43,200 nt of DNA from Methanosarcinales archaeon (GCA_030625165.1 DAOURL010000002.1:1-43200), one strand, 5' to 3'; shown: positions 25,230 through 32,787, counted from the first letter of the stretch. Notes: generated by a model from the letters alone, not told the origin. A program made the numbers and translations.

Positions 25230-26392
25230 TGAAATATCTATATCAGGACTCTGTAAAACTCCCCACCGATCGTGATTTCATTCACGATCTGGAGGCGCTA
25301 CTGGACGTGACCGCGGCGGTAGTTCCGCTTGAAGACGAGATCATCTCGGCTAATAACGAAGTGGAAGAGAGCCACCATGCGAAGGATAGGAAAATCGCAG
25401 GGCTGAGAACATTCGAAAGCGAGGTGACGAGGCAGATGAACGAGATCGTCAGGGATGGCGGCATCGATGAGATGCAGGTCTGCAAGAATGCGATCATAGA
25501 TGTGTGTGCATCATGCGTGGATCAGCAGAAGGCAAAGATCGATTCCGAGTCTGATACGTCACTAACTGATCTGGCTGAGAAGATCGACCTCAACGCGGAG
25601 CGTATCTGCAAGATACTCAGTCCGTTTCTCGAATTCGGCGTGTATGGCGCCAGATTTACATATTCGCTCGAATCGGAGGGGAAGAAGGGGCTCCACGGCG
25701 AGTTCAAAGCAGATCTGGGCGAGCTATCATTCGCTTATGAACTGCGGTTTAAGGATGCGGTCACTGTGAAGCAGCTGGTTGGTTCGTTCGCAATTCCGGT
25801 ACCGAAAAAGGCAGGGATATTCCACAGTGAAGAAGCGGTTAAGATGATAGACATGTCGAATCACCGTTTGGATGACGTTAAATACATAAATAACCAGATA
25901 ACCGCAGAATTTAAGGATAAGAGGGGCGCAAAAATAGTCCGTATCGAGATGAAAACTGCCACCGAGGATTATTCGATAGTATATGAAGGTGCAGAGCCGG
26001 TCAATCTGACAAGAGACGAATTGGTCTCAAAAGAGATCGATAGCAAGGGGGTCATAGACCTCATGCATGCGGTGACCGGTTATGTGAAGGATAACAGAAG
26101 ACGCGAGGTTGCGACGCTTGTGAGACTGACGTTTAATGGCATGAATGTGATCAGGGAACCGCTCGTCTCTGATGCGCTGAAGGTCATACTCGCGGAATAC
26201 GGCAGATTCGCAAACGAATGTATCGCACACGGGGCGGCAAAGGACGAATTCGTGATAAAGATCGAATCGGACGACGGTACAAGGACTGAGAAATACATGT
26301 CGATCTCGACGGTCAAGGATCATCTGCTCGGGATCGGGGAAGCGGGCGCGGAACTGGCGGATGCATTCGGACTGGGGACAAGCGCGTCATGA
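25226..26392 (+). CDS. Uncharacterised 388-aa protein, translationally coupled to the PPC-domain gene
   Basis: The ATGATGA overlap with the upstream stop supports co-translation. An acidic, probably helical N-terminal third is followed by a mixed C-terminal part. I recognise no motif. Confidence 0.6.
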   Translation: MMKYLYQDSVKLPTDRDFIHDLEALLDVTAAVVPLEDEIISANNEVEESHHAKDRKIAGLRTFESEVTRQMNEIVRDGGIDEMQVCKNAIIDVCASCVDQQKAKIDSESDTSLTDLAEKIDLNAERICKILSPFLEFGVYGARFTYSLESEGKKGLHGEFKADLGELSFAYELRFKDAVTVKQLVGSFAIPVPKKAGIFHSEEAVKMIDMSNHRLDDVKYINNQITAEFKDKRGAKIVRIEMKTATEDYSIVYEGAEPVNLTRDELVSKEIDSKGVIDLMHAVTGYVKDNRRREVATLVRLTFNGMNVIREPLVSDALKVILAEYGRFANECIAHGAAKDEFVIKIESDDGTRTEKYMSISTVKDHLLGIGEAGAELADAFGLGTSAS

Positions 26393-26476
26393 CAATGTGT
26401 AGGAACTGCCGTGCCCTGTGGTTGTGGTGCTGACAGTCCCACCACAAGCCATATAGTACACCCTCAGGTATAATAC

Positions 26477-26494
26477 TTATGAATGTATTCATAA
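26477..26494. promoter_or_regulatory. Perfect inverted repeat TTATGAAT-GT-ATTCATAA just downstream of a GTATAATA TATA-like box
   Basis: Located about 85 nt upstream of the NYN-LOTUS gene ATG, between the putative TATA (26468-26475) and the expected TSS. This geometry suits an operator. Confidence 0.35.
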
Positions 26495-26579
26495 ACCTGG
26501 GACGGGGATTTTCACTCCTCAAAGTTATTGTAAGAATGTTTTTAAATCTATTGAACGGTAATAGGAGTGTGATCCAAGT

Positions 26580-27338
26580 ATGATTGACCAATTTAATGAT
26601 ACCGATAAGATAAAAATTGCTTTGCTGATAGATGGAGATAATGCACAAGCGACTCTAATTGAAAAAATCTTAGCTGAAACGGGTAAACACGGACCAATTA
26701 CGATAAGACGTATTTATGGCGACTGGACTACACCAAATATGAATAGGTGGAAAGAGACTTTAAATAATCTTGCAATTCAACCAATTCAACAGTTCCGTTA
26801 TACTGTTGGCAAGAACTCCACAGATAGTGCTATGATTATTGATGCAATGGATATCCTTCATGACGGTTCAGTAGAAGGTTTTTGTATCGTTTCCAGTGAC
26901 AGTGATTATACAAGACTTGCAACTAGAATCCGTGAAAGTGGTATTTTTGTGATGGGGATTGGTAAAAGCACAACACCAAAGGCATTCGTAAACGCATGCA
27001 AAATGTTCATTTATACTGAAAATCTAACATCCGGAGATTCTATCCCGGGAAATGAAACGGGATCAACGCGTTCATTAACAACCGGTGAAAAAGCGAAAGT
27101 AGCGGATCCGATTCCATTACTCAAAGAAGCTTTTGAAATGGCTTTAGGGGAGGATAGTTGGGCACATTTGAGTGCGATGGGAAATTGTTTACTCCAGTTA
27201 GATCCGGGTTTTGATCCAAGGTCGTATGGATACAAACAATTATCCCTACTTGTTAAGGCGCATTCAAATTTATTTGAATTAAAAAATATCAAGATGAAAA
27301 ATGGCCCTGATGTTTTTTATATAAAAATCAAAGATTAG
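26580..27338 (+). CDS. NYN (LabA/PIN-like) nuclease domain protein with C-terminal OST-HTH/LOTUS domain
   Basis: IALLIDGDNA..RIYGDW..DSAMIIDAMD..FCIVSSDSDYTRLATRIRESG..VMGIG is the NYN/LabA signature. The C-terminal approx. 70 aa (WAHLSAMGNCLLQLDPGFDPRSYGYKQLSLLVKA) is LOTUS-like. The gene is AT-rich. Confidence 0.8.
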   Translation: MIDQFNDTDKIKIALLIDGDNAQATLIEKILAETGKHGPITIRRIYGDWTTPNMNRWKETLNNLAIQPIQQFRYTVGKNSTDSAMIIDAMDILHDGSVEGFCIVSSDSDYTRLATRIRESGIFVMGIGKSTTPKAFVNACKMFIYTENLTSGDSIPGNETGSTRSLTTGEKAKVADPIPLLKEAFEMALGEDSWAHLSAMGNCLLQLDPGFDPRSYGYKQLSLLVKAHSNLFELKNIKMKNGPDVFYIKIKD

Positions 27339-27382
27339 AAATTTTTAGCTTCACAGAGTTGGCGAATAATTTAAGAAAAATT

Positions 27383-27618
27383 GTAACTACTCAGGTACCT
27401 AAAACCACTATCGGGGGACTTCACTATGCAGGGACTACTCGGGACGTGGGGGGTACTGTAATCAAACCGGGAATTTAACCGCAGAGTACGCGGAGGGACG
27501 CGGAGGGGAAATAAACGGTTAAATGCTCTGCGTTCCTCTGCGCCCTCCGCGGTTATTTTTCTTGCCAGAAAGTACATGATCGCAATCGGGCGACCAATCA
27601 ACATACCTGAGTAGTTAC
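27383..27618. mobile_element. MITE-like element, family B, copy 1, with 8-bp target-site duplication
   Basis: Perfect 15-bp TIRs GTAACTACTCAGGTA / TACCTGAGTAGTTAC. Flanking direct repeats GAAAAATT sit at 27375-27382 and 27619-27626. Central hairpin at 27477-27554. More than 85% alike to 42967-43200. Confidence 0.8.
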
Positions 27619-27771
27619 GAAAAATTCCCGTTACAAACACCCTTTAGCGCGACATGATGCATCGCTTCAGGCAAGAACAAAACGAGCCCCATAAAAGAAG
27701 CAGAGTTATTATAGTGCGGAAAGAACAAGTTAAACCTACTCAAATCGAACATAAAACACAGGAGATATGAC

Positions 27772-28590
27772 ATGAAACATGTAAGAATAATCGCAGTCGT
27801 GTTCGCTCTTGCACTCGCAATTGCATGGAGCGGCTGCGTGGACTCAGATTCCGACAAACAGAAGGAATCACAAGAAGAGAGCGTACCATCCGGCACCGCA
27901 CATTATCTCGATCTGATCGATGTGACTTCCCTGCACTACAAAGCTACAGTATCCGCCGATGACGGGGGTGCTGCCGTATTCGAGGAATGGCGCAAGAAAT
28001 CCGGAGACGTCTGGTTCTTCAAGTCGGTGATCAGCAGTAACCAGGGCGCGGATTCTGTGACCATTTTGCAGAACGCGGACGGGATGTATATTATAGATGA
28101 GGAGAGCGGCACAGCGATCAAAACCGGAGAATGTTCTGATGATAACATTGGATATATGAACCCGTCCTGGGCGGCGTATGGTTGCTATAGCGACGATTCC
28201 GCATGGGATGATAGCTGGATCATAGACCGCGACACAACATGTCTGGGTCGCAAAGCCGTCAAACTGGACTATGGCAAGGTGTGGCAACTTGCCGGAACAC
28301 TTAACCGCGAAGATATCGACACGGAAAGAGCTGATCTGATCGTGGACAAGCAGACCGGGTTCACGCTGCTACTCGACTGGGCATGTACATACGAGGGCAA
28401 ATCCGAGAGCGTGCGCTACGAGGTCACCGAGTTTGATGTGGACACAAATATCCCGGACAGTACGTTTGACCTCCCTGCCGATGCGAAGATGGTTGATCTC
28501 ACGGCGCTTGGCGAAATGGGTGGCGAGATGCCCGATGAGATGCCTGACATGGCGTCTGGCGGACCCGGATTGCCTCCGCTTCCTGAGTGA
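27772..28590 (+). CDS. Secreted lipoprotein-like protein of unknown function
   Basis: Signal peptide ending in the lipobox-like AWSGC. The C-terminus has repeated GEMPDEMPD and is proline-rich. Confidence 0.6.
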   Translation: MKHVRIIAVVFALALAIAWSGCVDSDSDKQKESQEESVPSGTAHYLDLIDVTSLHYKATVSADDGGAAVFEEWRKKSGDVWFFKSVISSNQGADSVTILQNADGMYIIDEESGTAIKTGECSDDNIGYMNPSWAAYGCYSDDSAWDDSWIIDRDTTCLGRKAVKLDYGKVWQLAGTLNREDIDTERADLIVDKQTGFTLLLDWACTYEGKSESVRYEVTEFDVDTNIPDSTFDLPADAKMVDLTALGEMGGEMPDEMPDMASGGPGLPPLPE

Positions 28591-28620
28591 TGGGTATCAA
28601 AACCCATCTTTTTTTGTTTT
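28591..28620 (+). terminator. Small hairpin plus long T tract
   Basis: TGGGT-atcaaa-ACCCA then TCTTTTTTTGTTTT, immediately after the stop codon. Confidence 0.5.
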
Positions 28621-28705
28621 CAGTCGTGCGAATCAGTTACCGGTTGAAACGACCAAGAGTTTCCGCCCAACAACTTTACAACCATCCGATCCCGATATCT
28701 GAATC

Positions 28706-29791
28706 ATGAACCGGATACGTGCATGTCTCTATCTCTCGGTCTTTGTGATCATGGGGCTCTCGGATGCGGTCGTGCCGATTCTCCCGGATCTCTCTGATGA
28801 AACGTTTGTGCAGAGCATGATCTTCTCCGCGTACTTTGCAGGCGCACTCGTCTCAATGATCCCGCTCGGGATGCTTGCGGACCGGTACGGAAATCCGCGG
28901 TTCATCCTGCTCAGTATCGTTCTGACAATCATATCCGGATTACTGATCCTCTTATCCGACTCCCCCCAGATCCTCGTGTCTGCGCGTTTTGTCGAAGGGT
29001 GCGCCTGCGGGGCTTTCTTTCCGGCAGCGTTCTCGATGATTGCGAAATTTAAGAATCGAAGGAAGTACATAGGAGAGTTTACTTTTCTGATCAATATCGG
29101 GCTTGCTCTCGGTGTTGCAGCCGCTGCCGCGCTTAAGTATTACCATCCGAAAGGTGGAATACTGGTATTTGCCTTGCTCGCCATCCCTGCACTGGTGCTT
29201 GCGATTTCACTGAAACAGGAGCCCGATGATCCCGATGTCCCGCCTGCACCGCAGAGGATTTCAGGTATATTTGCGATCCTTTCCGATGCGCGGTATCTAC
29301 AGATATGGGTGATCGCCTTCGTCTTATTTGGTGCGACAGGGGTTATTGTTGCTTATTTCCCATCTTTCACGGATTTAACACCGTCTCCTCTGGGACTTGC
29401 ACTTTCCGGCGTCTATTTTGGAGCGATGATAACCTCGCTCATCGGCGGTCGTGCGTGTACCACTGAACGCTGGCTGATCCGGGCAGGTGCGCTGATAACC
29501 GGAATCGGCATCGTGGCGACCATATACCATCCGATCGGGCTTACCATCATGGGTGCCGGATCCGGGTTTGCGATGGTCGGGCTTGTCGCAGGGGTTGCAT
29601 CTCTCGGTTCTGATCGGGGCATGGCGATGGGGGTCTTCAATACATGCACTTATGCCGGATTTGCTACACTTCCGGTATTTGCGGCAGGAATTCTCTTGTA
29701 TGTCGATTATGTAGCACTCTTCGGAATCGCCGGAGTCGCTGTGGGCGCGCTCACTCTCTTTCCGTTGCATGCGCTTGCGGTGAAGCGGTGA
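28706..29791 (+). CDS. MFS transporter
   Basis: 361 aa, about 12 predicted TM helices, and the LGMLADRYGNPR loop motif between TM2 and TM3 typical of MFS. Confidence 0.85.
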   Translation: MNRIRACLYLSVFVIMGLSDAVVPILPDLSDETFVQSMIFSAYFAGALVSMIPLGMLADRYGNPRFILLSIVLTIISGLLILLSDSPQILVSARFVEGCACGAFFPAAFSMIAKFKNRRKYIGEFTFLINIGLALGVAAAAALKYYHPKGGILVFALLAIPALVLAISLKQEPDDPDVPPAPQRISGIFAILSDARYLQIWVIAFVLFGATGVIVAYFPSFTDLTPSPLGLALSGVYFGAMITSLIGGRACTTERWLIRAGALITGIGIVATIYHPIGLTIMGAGSGFAMVGLVAGVASLGSDRGMAMGVFNTCTYAGFATLPVFAAGILLYVDYVALFGIAGVAVGALTLFPLHALAVKR

Positions 29792-29860
29792 TCCATCCGC
29801 CCCCTATTATAGAGGTTCGCGCAAAGTGGCATGGTATGACCGCCCCACCGCGCCGCAAGG

Positions 29861-29868
29861 TTTATATA
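29861..29868 (+). promoter_or_regulatory. TATA box of hairpin-RNA copy A
   Basis: CAAGG-TTTATATA. The TATA centre lies 26-27 nt before the first stem base (29892). Confidence 0.6.
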
Positions 29869-29891
29869 GTAGTACGTAGTAGTGGTGTACC

Positions 29892-29966
29892 ATGCGAGCG
29901 GGTTTCTAAAAACTCTTTTTAACCACACTAACCCCCACTCCCCACTTCCCACACTCCCGCTCGCAT
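29892..29966 (+). ncRNA. Candidate hairpin sRNA, copy A
   Basis: ATGCGAGCGGG (29892-29902) pairs with CCCGCTCGCAT (29956-29966). The 53-nt loop is G-free. Confidence 0.5.
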
Positions 29967-30103
29967 ATCCCCCTCACAAGTTATTCAGTTTTGACTACGA
30001 CTACAGTCTAACGACTACAGTCTAATTGGTGGCAGGCCTGTGTATGGCAATGTTGGCTGTGAATATGTCAGGATTATAGTGAATATCCTGTTGAACCGCA
30101 AGG

Positions 30104-30111
30104 TTTAAATA
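30104..30111 (+). promoter_or_regulatory. TATA box of hairpin-RNA copy B
   Basis: CAAGG-TTTAAATA. The TATA centre lies 26-27 nt before 30134. Confidence 0.6.
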
Positions 30112-30133
30112 ATATCACAATACAATATAACAT

Positions 30134-30213
30134 ATATGCGAGCGGGGTTTTGAAAAAAACTCTTTTAACTACTAACCACACACCCCTCAACCTCCACACT
30201 CCCGCTCGCATAT
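30134..30213 (+). ncRNA. Candidate hairpin sRNA, copy B
   Basis: ATATGCGAGCGGG (30134-30146) pairs perfectly with CCCGCTCGCATAT (30201-30213). The loop is C/A/T-only apart from two G residues near its 5' end. Confidence 0.5.
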
Positions 30214-30350
30214 CCTTCTTACAAGTTCTCCACTTTCGATTGTTTCAGTTTTGACTACGACTATGGTCTGATGGGTAGTAGGTCTGCGTATGGCAACGTT
30301 GGATGTGAATATGTCAGGATTATTGTAGAGATCCTGTTGAACCCATAAGG

Positions 30351-30358
30351 TTTAAATA
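30351..30358 (+). promoter_or_regulatory. TATA box of hairpin-RNA copy C
   Basis: TAAGG-TTTAAATA. The TATA centre lies 26-27 nt before 30381. Confidence 0.6.
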
Positions 30359-30380
30359 ATAGCACAATGCAATATGACAT

Positions 30381-30469
30381 ATATGCGAGCGGGTTTTTGA
30401 AAAAAACTCTTTTTTCACCACTAACTCCACACTATACCCCCCTCAAACCCCACACTCCCGCTCGCATAT
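30381..30469 (+). ncRNA. Candidate hairpin sRNA, copy C
   Basis: ATATGCGAGCGGG (30381-30393) pairs with CCCGCTCGCATAT (30457-30469). The loop is 63 nt. Confidence 0.5.
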
Positions 30470-30815
30470 CCCTTTATACCGTGTTTCCGAAAAGTTTCTG
30501 TAATGTCATCCGTAATCCACCTCATTCGTGAAATTTGTGTGTGAAAGAAGTCGCATCACCGATTGCCTCATCAACTATCCTTCCATTCAGGGTAATCCTG
30601 CTCTGGAATGCGTGGATGGCGACTTTGCGGATGCTTCGCATTAACGCTTGCGCGTTGGGAACGTGGAAAGTCAGAAAGTCCGGGTTCCGGATCAACTGCC
30701 CTGATAAAGACGCTACCCCTTAAGAACCAGATAAATCGATAGCCGTAACATGAATCACATCTTAAATACTGATAAATACCTTGCCACACATAACACCGTA
30801 CCGGAGTAGGATACC

Positions 30816-32198
30816 ATGAAACAACTCGAGATTCTCGCAGCTCCGCTCGAAGAGAGGTCGCTCAAACTCCTCCTCTTCGGCGCGGGCGAACTCGGAAAAG
30901 AGATCGCGATAGAAGCCCAGCGCCTCGGCATGGAGGTCATCGCTGTGGATCGATACGAACGAGCACCAGCACAGCAGGTCGCGCACAAGTCGTACACCGT
31001 CAACATGATGGATGCGAATGCGATGCGTTCGATCGTGGATCGGGAACTACCTGATATCATCATACCGGAGATCGAGGCGATCGACCTCGATGTTCTCTTC
31101 GAGTTCGAGGAGGACGGGTATCTGGTCACGCCGAACGCAGCGGCAACTCATGCGGCGATGAACCGGGAGCGCATCAGGGAGTTAATCGTGAAATCGGGCG
31201 TTAAAACAGGCGCGTACGCGTACACCCGCACAGACGATCTCTCTGAGTTTACAGACGCTGTCGAGAAGATAGGGTATCCGTGCTTCTCAAAGGCGATCAT
31301 GTCGAGCAGCGGCAAGGGCTCGTACTTCATCGAGAGCCGCGATGACATCGAAGCAGCGATGGACGCTGCCAGATACGAGACCCGCGGATCAGGCGAACGT
31401 GCGATCATCGAGGAGTACATCCCGTTTAATACCGAGGTCACAGAACTTGCTGTGAGGCATCTGGATGAGGACGGCAACATCGTCACCACATTCCCAAAGC
31501 CGGTCGGGCACTACCAGATCGATGGCGATTACCACTCATCGTGGCAGAGTCCGAATATCGAGGAGTATCTTCCGTACAACGTGGATGATATCGGAAAGTC
31601 TGTCGAAAAAGACCCCGAGCTTGCGAAAGAGGCGGAAAGGAAGATTTACGATGCTGCACGCCGGATCACGGACGAACTGGGTGGAGTCGGCGTCTTCGGA
31701 TGCGAACTCTTCGTCCGTGTCAGGGATGGCAAAGTCGAGGTCTATGGCAACGAATGTGCGCCCCGTCCGCACGATACCGGTATGGTTACGTATATCTCGC
31801 ATCCGCAGGGCTTTAATGAGGGCGGCTTGCATGTGCGTGCGATCACAGGACTTCCGGTTCCAGCGAGGATCGAGGATGGTTATCGGCTCTTCGACCCACT
31901 GATGCCAGCGGCATCCCACGTGATCATCTCACCAGCCCAGGGGTTCGATCCGATGTACAAAGGCATCTTCGATGCGATGTCTGTGCCGGGCACCAATATC
32001 CAGCTCTTCGGAAAGCCGCTTGCGTATCACAGCGGGTGGATCGTTGAAGAGCGGATGGGCATCGCGCTTGCCATGGGCGCAGACGCGTTCGATGCGAAAA
32101 GGAAGTCTGAAGTTGCTGCGCACAAGATCCTGATCAGGACTGCGACAGACAGGGAATGGCGCGGGCAGGAAGAGACGCGGATGCATGTAGCGGTGTAG
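30816..32198 (+). CDS. purT: Formate-dependent phosphoribosylglycinamide formyltransferase (GAR transformylase 2)
   Basis: KLLLFGAGELGKEIAIEAQRLGMEVIAVDRY..AP..VAH and an ATP-grasp body match PurT. About 70 aa longer than the E. coli protein, with an internal insertion and a C-terminal extension. Confidence 0.85.
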   Translation: MKQLEILAAPLEERSLKLLLFGAGELGKEIAIEAQRLGMEVIAVDRYERAPAQQVAHKSYTVNMMDANAMRSIVDRELPDIIIPEIEAIDLDVLFEFEEDGYLVTPNAAATHAAMNRERIRELIVKSGVKTGAYAYTRTDDLSEFTDAVEKIGYPCFSKAIMSSSGKGSYFIESRDDIEAAMDAARYETRGSGERAIIEEYIPFNTEVTELAVRHLDEDGNIVTTFPKPVGHYQIDGDYHSSWQSPNIEEYLPYNVDDIGKSVEKDPELAKEAERKIYDAARRITDELGGVGVFGCELFVRVRDGKVEVYGNECAPRPHDTGMVTYISHPQGFNEGGLHVRAITGLPVPARIEDGYRLFDPLMPAASHVIISPAQGFDPMYKGIFDAMSVPGTNIQLFGKPLAYHSGWIVEERMGIALAMGADAFDAKRKSEVAAHKILIRTATDREWRGQEETRMHVAV

Positions 32199-32314
32199 GG
32201 ATGGTTTTCGGGCTATTTCCTGATCGCGAGCACTTGCGGGTCTCAAACCAAACATCGGGAGCAACTCGAGCACATGCAAGATACGAGACCCCCTCCGCCA
32301 TCGAAAACATCCCC

Positions 32315-32743
32315 CTACACCACGTCATCCACGAATTTGAGCAGACCCCGGGCGTCACTGATCTTCTTCTGCAGTACCTTCCTGCGGACATCCTTATCCG
32401 GATGTGCTCCGTTCTCGATCCCTTTCAGATCTATGATCGCACGCAAAAGACCGGACGCTTCTTTGTACAGGTCTTCCGCCTCTTCTCTCGTGATAGTTTC
32501 CCTCGCAAGAGCGTTTTCGTCGCACGTCTCCTTCTCCTCAAGGGCACGGATCAGCGACTCGATCCCGGCAGTCTCCGACTCTGTCAGTTCTTTCTTGTTG
32601 ATGAGCCGCCAGACCAATTCGTGAAGCGGAATCTCGGTTCCATCGATCTCAAATACGTCCGGGATCTCAGCACCGACCCACGCCAGGTATCCGTGCAACC
32701 CGTGCAACAGTTTCTCCCGCTCGTTTACCGATAGTCGCCCCAT
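32315..32743 (-). CDS. Hypothetical protein (helical, acidic)
   Basis: 142-aa ORF immediately downstream of lonB on the same strand. No recognisable motif. Confidence 0.5.
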   Translation of the reverse strand: MGRLSVNEREKLLHGLHGYLAWVGAEIPDVFEIDGTEIPLHELVWRLINKKELTESETAGIESLIRALEEKETCDENALARETITREEAEDLYKEASGLLRAIIDLKGIENGAHPDKDVRRKVLQKKISDARGLLKFVDDVV

Positions 32744-32787
32744 TATCTCACATCGAATAACCTGTATGTGCTAAGCTGCTGCCCTGT

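Larger units (their letters stand above)
29853..30469 (+). repeat. Head-to-tail array of an approx. 245-bp unit (2 full units plus a third promoter+hairpin)
   Basis: Unit starts are at 29853, 30096 and 30343. Both the hairpin module and the approx. 130-bp inter-hairpin segment (..CAGTTTTGACTACGACTA..GTATGGCAA.GTTGG.TGTGAATATGTCAGGATTAT..ATCCTGTTGAAC) are conserved. Confidence 0.9.

Noticed and set aside
27371-27640. 89-aa ORF (and its relatives at 42774-43007 and 13028-13219)
   Set aside because: These ORFs lie entirely within the MITE copies. The frames are not conserved between copies because indels shift them, and the peptides simply mirror the hairpin repeats.
29903-29966. G-quadruplex on the minus strand of hairpin copy A (GGGagtgtGGGaagtGGGGagtGGGGG)
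   Set aside because: Only copy A has four clean G3+ tracts. Copies B and C do not, so this is unlikely to be the conserved feature.
29853-30469. CRISPR array interpretation of the tandem repeats
   Set aside because: The repeat unit is about 245 bp, the sequence between the hairpins is itself conserved rather than unique spacers, and no cas genes are nearby.
29892-30469. C/D-box, H/ACA or tRNA-like identity for the hairpin RNAs
   Set aside because: There are no RUGAUGA/CUGA boxes. The G-free loop cannot form an upper stem, K-turn or pseudouridylation pocket. AUA rather than ACA follows the stem, and there is no cloverleaf.
30560-30720. Purine/ZTP/THF-type riboswitch upstream of purT
   Set aside because: Only short local hairpins are visible and none of the conserved riboswitch cores I know. 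The likely purT TATA (30762-30769) lies downstream of this segment.
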